From positions 60,167,294 through 60,231,293 of the forward strand of contig NC_068989.1 of NCBI RefSeq assembly GCF_001194135.2: DNA of 64,000 nucleotides, given 5' to 3'. Under the pieces are notes generated by a model. That model was not told where the DNA came from. It was given only the letters and a program-made list of their open reading frames with translations, and did not search any database. The DNA comes from Octopus bimaculoides (lineage: Eukaryota). Of this stretch, positions 12,853 through 26,628 are shown piece after piece (positions within the stretch are counted from its first letter, which is position 1; each line of letters opens with the position of its first letter). The position numbers were made by a program, and so were the translations under genes.

Positions 12853-13610
12853 GAGATGTAGACTTAGTTGTAGACATAAACTTGGTTACATCTATGTACG
12901 ACAATTGAAAATTTCACAAGCATGTTCTCTGCATGAACCACATATAGTTAAGAGCAGTATATTATTATACTGAATGTGGTATAACTAAAACAGATTTTAA
13001 TTAATAGGAGTTATAACGCTGAAAAGAAAAGTCATTAACGATAATGAAAATAATACTCAGAAGCGGTGAGAGAAGTCTCGATATTTCACCCAGCCAAAAT
13101 TTTGTTTCTTCTCTTTAGGGTTGGTATCTCAGTTTATTTAAAATTATTTTTGACTCACCTACTACAGTACATTATTTTGCATGTAACTGCATCTATATAT
13201 GATAATTTGTAATTTAGAACTCAAATTTATTTAATCAACTATATTGCGCAGGGATCGCTATAAAACATGATTTGCAGGCAATTTGTTCGGTGGTTTAAAA
13301 TATTGTCCACACAGGTATATAAAATAACAACCGGGGGGAGGGGTTTGGGGCTCCGCTATATCATGTGAACAGACGTGATGCTTCATGCAGTCGCTTGACC
13401 GCCTAGAGATAGTATTTAGATAGCCATCAAAAAGGAGCCCACCATCTTCATACAGGAAGAGCAATGTGAACAGTATAATATTAGATAAAGAAAAAAGGCG
13501 AAATGGTCATGTTTTGAAAGCATCAAATGTGATCATGATCATAGGTATTTTTAATCATGGCTCGATTTGGCTAAGCAACAGATTACAAAACTACTGGTAA
13601 TAATAATATT

Positions 13611-13798
13611 AATGCAGGGAGAGGTAAGTCGATACTACACGACGCCAGTACTTAACTGGTACTTTATTTCATCGGCTCCGAAGGAATGAAAGGCAAAGCT
13701 GAGCTTGGCGGGAGATGAACTGAGATCGTAATGCTCCGGAAAAGACACTGCAATACATTTTTTCCCAACGCTCTAACATGTTTGCCAATCAGCTTCCT
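13611..13798 (-). mobile_element. SINE-B copy
   Basis: aactggtactttatttcatcggctccgaaggaatgaaaggcaaag is the reverse of the SINE-B central block. Confidence 0.7.
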
Positions 13799-14879
13799 AG
13801 ACAGATTTGATTTAAAAATAGTCGGAAGAATATTATTGAAATTGCCACAATTCGAATTATTACAGAACTTTTGTTTAGATTCATTTATTAGATTTAGTAA
13901 GTATTTCTTATACTTTGGTATGGCGCTGGCTCCTTTCTTCTTTTGCCATTTGTTAACATTTCATTTCATTGACAAACTATGTAATCTATTACACGCTTCA
14001 ACAATTAGTTCATTGCACAGATAAAACGGAATGTTAAAAATCAGTTAAGCGGGATGACTTTAAGATGGTTTCACCAGAGTTGATAAAATATTGGGCTGTA
14101 TAATATACAGATAAAAATAGGTTTCTTTTGATTGTAGCTACATTATATAAATATATTTTGATTATGCTCAAATATAGTGTTTAGAAATAGATATATAAAG
14201 TTCACTGAATCTACTTCAATATATTAATCATATATACAAACGTACATACATACATACATACATACATGCATAATTAACCTCAAAGAGATAAAATTCAAAA
14301 ATCAACTCTGATGGGATTTGAACTTAAGAAGAACGAAATTAAATGATGTAAAATAGTTAATTTGATATTCTATCGTTTCTGCTGGAAGGATATTGTATTG
14401 ATTTGTTTTGATCACGTACTAAGCAAATATACATAGCATCGATCCTGATATTCAATCAGTGCTAGTCTGAAATGGTTAGAGGCAGAGTGCAACTAGCAAT
14501 ATTAAAATACAGAATGTAGAAAAATGAAATTCAATAGTACAAGGCGTTATTTGAGTGCTGTAGTGTTTTTGACAATACTCGGTTCTGAATATTGATACTA
14601 TAAAGCATGCCAGAGCAATCGTTAGAATAAAATATGCAAAAACTAGAATTATGGTTCACTCGTATTGTTGATATACGGCGAAAACTGAAATTGTATGAAA
14701 TCAACTATTTCACTAACAACGCTCATGAATAAGAAATTATGTATTTAGTAGTAACAAACTAATTATATACTTAAATCTGGGAACTAATTCTAAATATAGC
14801 CACAATATTTATTTTAGAAAAGAAAACAAAAAAAAAAACAAACGTAAATAGATGGTTACTTTTTCTCTTATTGTTCAGA

Positions 14880-15260
14880 TCTATAGGAAGGAGCGTGTAC
14901 TCATGATCTCCGGTGATTCTGATGCTGGTAACATTCTGTTTAAACTGCTGCAAGTAGGCAGTTGCAACAGGCGCAGAATTGGGAGTTGGACGTAAAATGG
15001 GGTGGGGTGCGAAAGATGTTGGTGTGAGATGAGACATGAGACAAACCAGATCCGAGAAGCGTGGACCACTGTAGTAGTGGTAGAAAAAAAAAGGTGAGAG
15101 TGGATTAGTACCTCTGTAAACTTAAAGTTGATGTATGTTGGTGGGAGACATCCTGTCAATCAGACTAGTAGCTTCTCTTGCGGTTTAGGAATCTCTGCTT
15201 GTACCAGTAGCGCCATCCTGTTTTGAGGTGTACTGTTCCATAAGAGATTTGTAGAGAGTG
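14880..15260 (-). mobile_element. Possible Penelope-like N-terminal relic
   Basis: Minus peptide ..SRIWFVSCLISHQHLSHPTPFY.. loosely resembles the PLE N-terminal H..FL..C....P motif; weak. Confidence 0.3.
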
Positions 15261-15558
15261 AGAAGTTATTTTAGCTATTAATGCTGAGATACTATGGATA
15301 TATTTTCTCGGTAAACTTTTCCCGCCGTGAATTTTCCTAACGGTGAACTTTCATTACGGTGGATAGCGGTGAACTTTTCCTGCGGTGAATTGATGGCAGC
15401 GAACTTAACTGTAATTAGTTCCTGTGCCTTGAGGTTACCCGTTCGCCAGGTTAGATCATCAGTGATTATGGTAAAGTGTAACATTGTGGAGATCGTGAGA
15501 GGTCTACTTTCTTACAGACCATATTTAAGGTGAGGTTCAACAACGTTTTCTTCATATG

Positions 15559-15597
<39 letters not shown>

Positions 15598-15979
15598 AGA
15601 GAGAGAAAGAGNNNNNNNNNNNNNNNNNNNNNNNNNNNNNNNNNNNNNNNNNNNNNNNNNNNNNNNNNNNNNNNNNNNNNNNNNNNNNNNNNNNNNNNNN
15701 NNNNNNNNNNNNNNNNNNNNNNNNNNNNNNNNNNNNNNNNNNNNNNNNNNNNNNNNNNNNNNNNNNNNNNNNNNNNNNNNNNNNNNNNNNNNNNNNNNNN
15801 NNNNNNNNNNNNNNNNNNNNNNNNNNNNNNNNNNNNNNNNNNNNNNNNNNNNNNNNNNNNNNNNNNNNNNNNNNNNNNNNNNNNNNNNNNNNNNNNNNNN
15901 NNNNNNNNNNNNNNNNNNNNNNNNNNNNNNNNNNNNNNNNNNNNNNNNNNNNNNNNNNNNNNNNNNNNNNNNNNNNNNN

Positions 15980-16044
<65 letters not shown>

Positions 16045-16045
<1 letters not shown>

Positions 16046-16915
16046 TTCTCTCTGGGTTGCAGTGCTTCGATCCAATTGGTGAAAACCTTTCTTTCTCTTG
16101 GTTAAAATAAATGTCATCAACACCATCATTGTGATACTGGTTCTGAACCAAGTGTTTTTACATGTTAGGGAAAAGATAGTCAGATGGGACCAAATCTGGA
16201 GGATAGGGAGGACGATCGACCAGTCCAAAGCCACAGTCACGCACACCGACCATTGAAACCAAGGACCTGTATGCTGGAGAATTGTCCTGATGAAACAAGA
16301 CCCCTTTCGTCAGTTGTTCTGGGCGTTTGGTCTTCATAGCCATTCGTAGTTGCTTCACTAAGTTGGCATGGTAATCTCCACTGATGGAGTGGCCCTTTTG
16401 AAGATAGTCAACAAACACAATGCCTTTTGCATCCCCAAAACGAAAACCATCATCTTCCCTGCAGATGAAACAACCTTGGCCTTTTTTGGAGCAAGCGAAC
16501 AGGGGTGTCTCCACTGCATAGATTGCCTCTTTGTCTCTGACTCATAGTGATGAAACCAACACTCATCTTGGCTTAGCAGACGTTCAAGGAAACCATTTGA
16601 ATTTGCCTCAAACAATATCGGATTTTCTCGTGTTGTTATCAGCCTGGTGCGCTTTTCATCAAGTGTCAGAAGACGCGGCAGCCAACGAGCAGAACCTTTG
16701 TCGTATCAAATTCATGGTGCAGAATATTCTCAACTCTCTCCTGCTAAAAGCTTTGACTATTCCATTTATAGTCAATCGTCTTTCATCCATCACCATGTGG
16801 TGAACGCGATCAATGCTTTCTTCAGTGGTGACAATTTCTGACCATCGAAACATTGGGTTAACTTCAAAACTCATGCCTCTTAAATTCAGTTGCCCACGTT
16901 TTCATTATAGATAAA
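16045..16915 (-). mobile_element. mariner (irritans-like) transposase relic, D,D34D
   Basis: QDECWFHHYESETKRQSMQW, FHQDNSPAY, PPYPPDLVPSDYLFPNM; same family as 4983-5490; TIRs not visible. Confidence 0.9.
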
Positions 16916-17162
16916 GCTGCTGGAGTGTCTGCCCCTAATGTAGCGACCATGCCAGCACGAATGTGCTTGGGAAATAAAGCGTTATTCTGCAAGGTCTTGA
17001 TAACTCGGTACAGTTTCCATGAAACTGGAAGGTTAGGTGAAGAAGATGAGGATTGAAGTCAATATAACATTACACAAAAAAGCTTGTTCATTAGGGCCAT
17101 GGAGAATCATAAGAAAGTTCATATGTATCTGAATTCAGAGGAAGAGTTTTGATACCAAGTAA

Positions 17163-17547
17163 TGTTGTTGGCACTCCGTCGCTTACGACGTCGAGGGTTC
17201 CAGTTGATACGATCAACGGAACAGCCTGCTCGTGAAGTTAACGTGCAAGTGGCTGAGCACTCCACAGACACGTGTACCTTTAACGTAGTTCTCGGGGATA
17301 TTCAGCGTGACACAGTGTGACAAGGCTGACTCTTTGAGTTACAGGCACAACAGAAACAGGAAGTAAGAGTGAGAGAAAGTTTTTGGTGAAAGAGTGCAGC
17401 AGGGTTCGCCACCATCGCCTGCCGAAGCCTCGTGGAGCTTTAGGGGTGTTTTCGCTCAATAAACACTCACAATGCCCGGTCTATGAATCGAAACCGCGAT
17501 CCTATGACCGCGAGTTCGCTGCCCTAACCACTGGGCCATTGCGCCTC
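17163..17547 (-). mobile_element. SINE-A full-length copy
   Basis: (TTG)n tail, complete body, tRNA head; possible decayed TSD taccaagtaa/tatcaagcaa. Confidence 0.92.
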
Positions 17548-17949
17548 GACTATCAAGCAAGTGCACAGGCTAAGTCACATATGCAAAACTATATTAAAAA
17601 AGACAATAATTAATGATGATGATGATGACGGCGACGATAACGATGACGACACTGATAATGATGATGAACATAGTTTAAATCTCCGCTGAGAATTGATAAA
17701 GTAAAAGTAATAAAACATCATGCGGTAAAAAAATAAACTTTCCAACATCGATGACATATCTTATAAAGAACCTAAAATTTCTGTTTTGATTAACTGTTTA
17801 TTTTAGATCTAAAGAAATTGATATAACATATAAAAACAAACTTTTGACAAATCTGTCGAGAATATATAGAAGAAAAAGAAGTTATAGTTTTCTAAAAGGA
17901 TATTTACATATTTGAAACACTGTAAAAATGATTGCAGAGTATATTGAAC

Positions 17950-18300
17950 TACTATTAAAATACCTGGAACATTATTGATTTGCTAGAACAATATTGGTAT
18001 ATACATAGAGAACCATCATGAACTACATGTAGAACAAGTTTATTCAATCACCAACATTCAAGTATTGATCATTTTTCTTTGCACCCCATCTCTTACTTTG
18101 GCAATGATCTTTGATTCTGTGAACTAGATGATGACACTCTACATCTACTCAGCCCATTCAATAACCCGTCCGACTTACTCTCATTATGCTGATTGCCTTT
18201 CAGGCCGAATCTTAAACTGAACACGAAGCTAATCATTTCTTATCCCACCAAAGTAAGCATCTTTTATTCCCTCGTTGCCTATGATTTTTCAACAGACATC
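17950..18300 (+). mobile_element. Highly decayed CR1-like RT relic
   Basis: gatgatgacactctacat (DDTLH, YADD-like region) preceded by an NDL-like and followed by an LN..K-like segment; heavily degenerate. Confidence 0.3.
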
Positions 18301-19629
18301 GAGTTTACATATTCAAATTGAATATGAATAACATTTTCAGTAATTAGAGAGTGTCCAAGTATGTAATGGGAAGTGCCCTTCTTTCTCTGAAATATTCAAG
18401 TACGAATAAAAAAGTATAAAACAGAATCATAGCCTGGCTAATGACGATTTAGAAGTGTAGATGAAGAAAAGAGTCTCATCTAACAACAACTATCGATGTT
18501 ACGTTAGAGATGTTATGCTCGCGTGACGGATGACGGTAATATGGCAGAACCATTAAAGTGTCGGAAATATATTTTGTCATATTCGCTGGTTTAGCTGTAA
18601 GTTCGAATCTTGTCGAGGTCAATTTTGTCCACCATAACACTCTGGAGTCGATAAAAGCAACTATTAGTCAAGTTCTTGGATTGATATAACAGATTATATT
18701 CATCTCCAAAATATCCAGACTTGTGATCGTATAAGAAGTTATTGTTGTGTTGGTGAGCTAATGGTTGCATAATGATCCATGTGATAAAATGCCCATATAA
18801 ATTTTCTTGTGATAAAATATTCCAGACGCCGTAGAACTGGGGAAGGTTATGGAATAAAATAATCTGAAGTTACTGATGATCTAAGAAAAAAAAATTACGC
18901 AATATTAAAACCTGTTAGTGCATTGATGGTCCTATCACGAGCATGGAGAATCAAGAAGTTGCGATTGGAAATAATTTAGTGAGGTATAAACTTATGTAAA
19001 ACAGCAGGACAACACTAGTATATAAGAAACTATTTAGCTATTTTAAACATGACTTGCATAAATCCATTATTATGAAAACACCAAATTTAATTATATAGAT
19101 TAAATATTAAAAGGTACGGATTATCAATAATAGCCTGTAAGAAAAAACATATCGTAAAAACAGTAGAAGGAGCTAAAATGAACAGATAGATGTCGTTAGA
19201 AACGCGTGAAAGACAGAGAGGATGAATCCAGGGATTGAAACAGTTGTAATTAAAGAAGAGCATTGTAGTATGCTTGAGGCATTTTAGTACAAAAGTAGAA
19301 AAAAAATGAATGAAATGAAAAATAAGGAGAGCTTATGACACTGCAAAAGGTTTAAAAACCTCTATATTTAGGGTACAAAGGACTAACTCCAGAAGAACAC
19401 AGCCAGCTAAAGAAATGTGTATTTACATAGATCCTGCCATTTCGGATAGCCCGGCGTTTGAGTTAGCAGCAGCAGCTCTCCAAATGTTGGTGTAGTTGGT
19501 GCCATAAAGGTCATATTGAGGACGTTGGTGCTGGCAGTGAAATAGATTGGCAGCAGTAGTGGTGATGGAGGCGGGCGTCTATAGTGGTGAATGCCGTGGT
19601 AGTGTTGGAGCATGTGTCGCTTCCTCGGG

Positions 19630-20085
19630 CTTACCACTCCGACACCCACCAGCTACTGTCAGTCATAGCTGCTAACATACACTTTAATTTCCTCGACAAC
19701 TCATATGAACAGTGTTCAAGCTTGCCTATAGGGTTAAGCCTCTCAGGCCTGCTCGCTATTAATTAGACCGGCTGGAGCGCAGGGCACTCAGTACCTGCTA
19801 CTCATGCGCCGTCTTCAGGTATGTGAACGACAACCCTCTTACTAAATCCATCCCACGAGGAAACCTCCACAATGCTGGAAATATTCAATAACATGGACCA
19901 ATACATCAACTTCGGCATCATCAAACACCCGAACGGGCGATGATTCCTTCTTCTAGCGTGACTTTCTGCTAAGTGTCACAGACGAGGGAAAATTTGACAC
20001 GATGTTCTGCCGAAAGACAACCTGACAGGACCTCTTCGTCTATTACAAGTCGACCCACCCGATTAGGGCTAAGACCAGCTATACA
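19630..20085 (+). mobile_element. Penelope-like reverse transcriptase fragment
   Basis: LLSVIAANIHFNFLDNSYEQCSSLPIGLSLSGLLAIN (PLE Y.Q..G..MGS.LS..LA) and aggtatgtgaacgac = RYVND (RYVDD-like) at 19817-19831, then ..FCRK....YYKSTHP. Confidence 0.7.
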
Positions 20086-20097
20086 TACATAATGACA

Positions 20098-20313
20098 ATA
20101 TTGGTTTCAAATCTTGGCACAAGGCCAGCTGTATTGTGGGAGAGGCTAAATCGATAACATCGACCCAGTGCTCAACTAGTACTTATTTTATCGCCTCCGA
20201 AAGGAGATAGGCAAAGTCGACCTCAGCAGAATTTGAACTCAAAACGCAAAGACAGACGAAATGCCGAAAAGCATCTTTCCCGGCGTGCTAACGATTCAGC
20301 CAGTTCGCTACCT
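20098..20313 (-). mobile_element. SINE-B near-complete copy
   Basis: ggcacaaggccag..tcgataacatcgacccagtgctcaactagtacttattttatcg..gaatttgaactc..cggcgtgctaacgattcagccagttcgc. Confidence 0.85.
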
Positions 20314-22372
20314 ACAAGACAAGAAATATTGATTTTCAAGATGGAGAAAGGCCACAGATCTAGCTGATATTTGATCAATACTTATTTTATCGATCCATAA
20401 GGATTTCTACAAGTTTAAACTTGGAGCATAAAAGGATATATATAATTAATGTATATAATTAGCAAGAATAATGACAATACATTATTTATAAGGAGGTGAG
20501 ATTACAAGGAATAGCATTTAGTGCCACCTCACTCTAATGCAGATTGATGGAGAAAATATTTAACAAAGTCGATCGTTCTGAGGAAACCAGGTATTGGAAT
20601 ATATTATTCACAGCGTCGAGTTATTGGCGTGGACAATATTTGCTAGTGACATAAAACTGTAGTGTATTTTCCATGGATATATATATATATACATCTACGA
20701 GAAAAAGACTTGATTATTATGGAATTCATTCCAATTTTCTAAGATCGATAATTTTAGAAAGAGTAATAATCAGATTCTCCTTCTGTGCACCCAAGAACCT
20801 TATAATGAATGGATACCAGATAAAGATATGCTTGGTATTAGCAAGGTAATAAGGTGCCTTGTGCACGGGTATACACTCCCCTATTATCTTATTTCGCCCC
20901 ATAGTCTGACCATGATGGATTGGCAGTTCTTATTGAAGACTATATGACTAATGATAAACAAGTACTCCTTTTGTTGATAGACAGAAAGGAAGCAAAATAT
21001 CTTTGAATAGAATAGCAGTCCCATGGGGAATGAAATTTTCTGTTCGCATAAGCAATTACAGAAATTTCTTAGAACAAACAGTGAGGGGTTGGATAATTAT
21101 ACATTACATTGTTGTTTAATTATATACTTAACTTTATGACAGGCGCCGTAGTTATGTTCGTTGCTAACCGATCCCTCATACATACACGATATATCTTCTA
21201 ATTTATCTACCCTCTAACTATCCAAAGTATTTGTGATTTAGAAGAACTATGTTTAGAAAGAAATATTTATTCAGCTTTGTTGGTTGTACACAATAAAATA
21301 TCAAGTTTTGAACCCGATAGTAAGAAGGAAACCGAATATTATTAATGTTTATGTGTGTGTGTTTTAGTTTATTAGATTATGGTATTTTGTCTCGCTTGGG
21401 AATTATTATGTAGATAAGGGATTGGGTGTAGTTCGTTCTCGTCACTTGCTGCAAATGTGAAATCTGGAAATAGGGAGAGATGTTTCTTTAATAAATGAAA
21501 GTAGTCATGTTCTTGTATGTTATGTACTGAATAATTTGACTATTTTCACAGCAAGGTACACGAGATTTAGTCGTATTATTATTTTATTTGTTTAGTTTCT
21601 TTGGAAACAGTTCAATTGAAAGAAATTAAACTGAACCGAACTTTAAATACAATTAGCAGAATATTCACCCCACTTCTTTCGAGCATGTTATACCCTCAGT
21701 ATTTTTATTTGAGAAATGTATTGATAAACCCGTGCTTGCTGATTGATTCGCTTATCATTGCTATGTCAATACCCCTGGCAATGAGCCTTCAATTTCTTAA
21801 AGACAATTCCATCGTTTCAAATTAAGTGAATTTGGTTGTATTCCAAGTCGTATTTCTTTATGTTGACTTTTGTCTAAATAATGCAACAACATTTCTACTG
21901 TTTTAGTTAAACGCATTGCCAACCAACTATTACTTACAATTTGGTAAAATTTCTTCAGCAAACTGTCCTCCGCATTAGACCTCACAATTAAGTTTTAGTT
22001 CGTAGTTGAAGAGATATTTCACTTTAATTAATGCATGCACAGCAGAAAATAAATTTCAACCATTAAAGATTGAGAGTGACTTGATTTGTAAAGTGAGAGC
22101 AATATTTTCCAGGCTTTGGAGACGTAAAGGTTGTGGAATAATAATGACGTGTTTCTCTTAAATGCAATAATGGACAGAATTCTGACCTTGTAAAGTGTGC
22201 ATCAAAGTGTCGAGTTTTTCATTGAAATATAGATAAGATATTATCTGTATCTTTTGACATAAAACTATTAAAATAGTGAATACAAAATTATAACACCTAG
22301 AATATGACTGTTTTTTATTTATATGTTATGGTTTAGTGAATTCTTTTCGTATGTGGGTTGTTACACAGTTAA

Positions 22373-22813
22373 TGTTGTTGTTGTTGGCACTCCGTCGCTT
22401 ACGACGTCGAGGGTTCCAGTTGATCCGATGAACGGAACAGCCTGCTCGTGAAATTAACGTGTAAGTGGCTGAGCACTCCACAGACACATGTACCCTTAAC
22501 GTAGTTCTCGGGGNNNNNNNNNNCTCCACAGACACATGTACCCTTAACGTAGTTCTCGGGGATATTCAGCGTGACACAGTGTGACAAGGCTGACCTTTTG
22601 AATTACAGGCACAACAGAAACAGGAAGTAAGAGTGAGAGAAAATTGTGGTGAAAGAGTACAGCAGGATTCACCACCATCCCCTGCTGGAGGCTCGTGGAG
22701 CTTTAGGTGCTTTCGCTCAATAAACACTCACACAACGCCCGGTCTGAGAATCGAAACCGCGATCCTATGACCGCGAGTCCGCTGCCCTAACAACTGGGCC
22801 ATTGCGCCTCGAC
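22373..22813 (-). mobile_element. SINE-A full-length copy with a gap-induced false duplication
   Basis: Tail and head present; TSD acacagttaat/atacagttaat (1 mismatch). Confidence 0.9.
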
Positions 22814-24982
22814 ATACAGTTAATAATAGCTAAGCAATAACCACTGGAAGTGATCAAGACCGGAAACCTAATATGCTGTATGGGAAGATGTAGTATTGGA
22901 GAGGAATACGACAATATATTTCACAGGAAGTGAAAATCGCAAACGGAATACTGTAGTGGGTGAAATAAACTTATGTCAATTAAAAATCAAAATAAAACCC
23001 GGTGCTGTCTACACATTAAGAACATAAATTTTTGCCAAGATTGTAGTTTTTATTAACCAGTATATGTATTGGAATACTTATATTGGTTACTAAAAATTAC
23101 AAAAAAATTCACCACCATAGAGAGTATTGAACTATTAACGAAGTCAACTATCAACCTGTTTCCTATTTATTCTGTTGCATCAAACTCTTTTGTAGAGGAG
23201 AAAAATGGTGCTCTTATTTTTGCATCAGAAATGTTCAGCAAGACGATATATCTTTTACATCTGTTTTATGAAACACCTGAACGCTGGTTCATAATTTGCG
23301 TGTAAGGTATTTGGTTTGACTTGCTTTATAAATTGTGTACACTGGTGTATATATCATTGTGTATTATATAATCTATAATAATAAATTAAACGCTTTTGCC
23401 TATCTAATAAAATTTACATGTTATTACATCCATTCTTCACTATCTATTCATCTATATCAGAATGAAATGTTCTAGTCTTTTTACAGTCATTCTGATCTCC
23501 AAAATTTCTGTTTACTCATTTACTATCAGCGCTTCTCTTCTTTGATAGTCTATGTTGATTAGTTTCCTCGTTCTCTATCATGTAATGGCATAAATGTTAG
23601 AAAATGAAGTTATTCGGCAAAGGATATATGTGAATGTCACTTCCAGTTCTAGTTTGAGGTATCAAGTGTTAGTTTCGCCTGTTCCAATGCTCGCAGAAAA
23701 CATAATCTTAGTAATTAATGAAGATGATGGAGAATCAAAGAAAATCATTGTTATCAAAATTTGTATTGGACAGGGTTATTCACACAGTGAAAACAATCTT
23801 ACGTTTAAAACATGGTGAATCATTTATAATTTACGAGGACATCCGTTGCTAATAAAATTTATTGTTTCTTTATATGTTCCGTTTTAAGACAGATAACTGG
23901 CAGAAACTCAAGTAAAATTTATGACAAATGGCGAGTATAGCGAATTAGATATATGTAATATATTTAATTTATGACGAAAGTGCTTCAAAGTATAAATTTA
24001 TCGGTTAGCATCCACTACACCCTCCTCTCGAGATTTCTAGTCTTTTGCTTAAATAAAAATCCCATTATGAAACAAGTATATTCAAGTCTATGGAAGACGT
24101 AGCGAGAAAATTATATGCACAGAAATGTTCAGTTTCAATAGTTACACAACAATAAAAATGTACAGGCACTGACGCATTACAGAAACTCTGGTTACGGAAT
24201 TCTGCATTGATTGAAATTGTAAAGAATGACTACAAATTTCGGAGTAAAAGCCTGCAATGCCACTCTTACATAACTCGAATGAATATAAAAAGAATTAAAA
24301 ACTAAAATATCCATATATAATTTCCGAACCGTGGCTATGTGAATCCGTCCACCTAACTTTGCTATAAGTGTTGTGGAGCCTATTTTTGTTGGGTGTCAAG
24401 TCTGATTATAAATGTATGGGTGAATTTGTTTTTGTGTGCATATTCCACTAATCTAATGGTGCATTATTTACTTACTAAAGTATATTTTATATGTAGGTGT
24501 TACATATTTGGTGTTAATTCGTTGATGAAAATTCAAAAGCTCGTAAAAAATGGATGTAATATATTTTTACTATTAGAAAACTATAAGTTAATAAATACTC
24601 AGAACACCTAAATTAATTAGAAAACCTACCAGAGTTAATCGTTGAATACATTTTTAATCCAGCGCTGCAGATAAATAAATAAAAAAAAACAGTATTTCCA
24701 TGCATCTTTGCGAAACTACATAAAGCATGTGAAAGCACAACATTCAGCCATTATGTACAATAAAGATTGAGTTAAGAGAGATTAGAAAAATTAGTAAAAT
24801 AATGGACTTAAGAGCACTAATCTCTCGTCTTTAACAGAAAGGATTAATAAGGAAATACGAAAAAAGGAAACCTTAATAAAAATATCAAACTAAAACTACT
24901 CGTATCTTTATCTTGCAGGAAATAAGCTTCAAAGAAAGCTGTTTCCAATCTCTACATATGTACATACATGTACACATACGGA

Positions 24983-25056
<74 letters not shown>

Positions 25057-25449
25057 CACGCACACACGCACACACACGCACGCACACACACATACACACA
25101 CGCTTACATATATATACGTTTATACATTTATATATACATATATGCATATATAAATATATATACACATATGTATTACAATTAAAAGGATAAAGGATTATCA
25201 AATCTATTAATTTATTAATAAATTAATAATTAATAATTTTTACCAAGCCCTTCGGTATGTAAACACCATTATCGGTGAAGAACTTATTTAAAAGTTCTTA
25301 TACATTTATAAACATAATTAAGGGATCAGCAACAGTTGTTTCACCACATACCGAAGTTCAGAAATAGCAGCTAAAGCACACATATGTAAATATATATACA
25401 CATATGTAAATATATATGTACACACACACATACTGAGTCCGAAGGAAGG

Positions 25450-26110
25450 AGCAGTGACCATATATTTTGCAGCCCCACCTAGAGCGTTTAGATTGATGCC
25501 ATTCATTTTCTCTGGAATCTTTGTAAGTCAACAACTGAAAGATATGGAAGGAATTCTAGAGGATTGACAGTCTGCAAATGAAGGACTGAGTATAATGATG
25601 TGGTGTCTTGGGTGTTGATCGTATCAAGAGGGATGAGAGAAGGAGAGATGAGTAAGAGCGGGAAAAATCCTTGAGAGTCTGTGTCAAGAACTCAGCCAGC
25701 TCAAAAGAGCAGAGGCCACTCAAATAGACAATTAAACTAGCACTAGAAAATGCTGAGAAAGGTGACAGTAGGCCTGTAAGCTAGAGTCTGTGAATGTGCG
25801 CCGCTTTTCTGGATGTAGTTCCGGACGTTAGTGTGTGCAGCAGCAACACCGTCCCGGATGTGACAGTAATGCTCCATTGTGTACCTCACTTGAGCTTTGT
25901 AGAGTATTAATAATATGCTGGGGTTTTAATTTTCTTCTCATTCTGAAGAGATGGTGCAGTCGTTGGGATGCGATTTTACCCACTGAGGAATTTTCGCCTG
26001 AAGAAATCCTCGTTGATTGCTGAAAGAGACAAGATATGCATATCAACTTTTGAGTGCATTCCAGGTATCTGTCTGTTCATGAAGTCAATGCATGTTAGAA
26101 TACTAGTGTT
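25450..26110 (-). mobile_element. Decayed CR1-like LINE RT C-terminus
   Basis: Minus peptides IASQRLHHLFRMRRK..LYKAQVRYTMEHYCHI resemble CR1/Jockey LYKAQVRP.MEY; many lesions. Confidence 0.55.
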
Positions 26111-26229
26111 GTCTAACTTGAAATATCCATCCATCCATCCATCTATCCATCCATCCATCCATCCATCCCTCCATCCACACATACATACATACATACATAC
26201 ATACATACATACACACATACATACACATG

Positions 26230-26520
26230 ATGGTACTTGTAACAAGACGTGTGACTAAAAAAAGGAAAATATGGACCATGGAACTCTGCATTAAACAAAG
26301 CAGTGTCCCACAATGTATTTGCAGTACCAGTACTCATACCAACATTTGGACTACTTGATTGGACGCTTGAGATCCGAGTTATTGATGTGAAAATCTGGAA
26401 GATACTGACCAGCACAAATAATTTTCACATTAACAACGACGTAGGTCACCGCTATCTAAAACGAAAACAAGGAGACAAAGCTTAACATCGATCCAAACTC
26501 TAGTGCAAAGTATCATCAGA
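26230..26520 (+). mobile_element. R4/Dong-like non-LTR thumb-region fragment
   Basis: [46 protein letters not shown] resembles AIN.FAVPVL.Y.FG..W..IDRK.RK.LT..RLY..R..GG. Confidence 0.55.
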
Positions 26521-26590
26521 TAAAAATATGACTGCATATTAACAGAAGTCTATACCTGGATATGTTAGCGGAAATCTACAGGATGAGCTT

Positions 26591-26625
<35 letters not shown>

Positions 26626-26628
<3 letters not shown>

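Noticed and set aside
15466-16246. ORFs of 150-270 aa spanning N-runs (also 36.7-37.2, 38.1-38.9 and 44.6-45.3 kb)
   Set aside because: They are open only because N codons contain no stops.
20500-21000. Possible decayed AP-endonuclease (QETR-, YAP- and SDH-like traces)
   Set aside because: The motifs are too short and scattered across frames to support a call.
21938-21980. Candidate small exons defined by GTAAGT donors or strong acceptors (also ~33505, ~34137, ~42620)
   Set aside because: Such signals arise often by chance in AT-rich DNA; there is no consistent frame or recognisable protein.
22476-22561. 38-bp direct repeat inside a SINE-A copy
   Set aside because: The two copies flank a 10-N gap, so this is an unmerged contig overlap. 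The same applies near 28560-28650.
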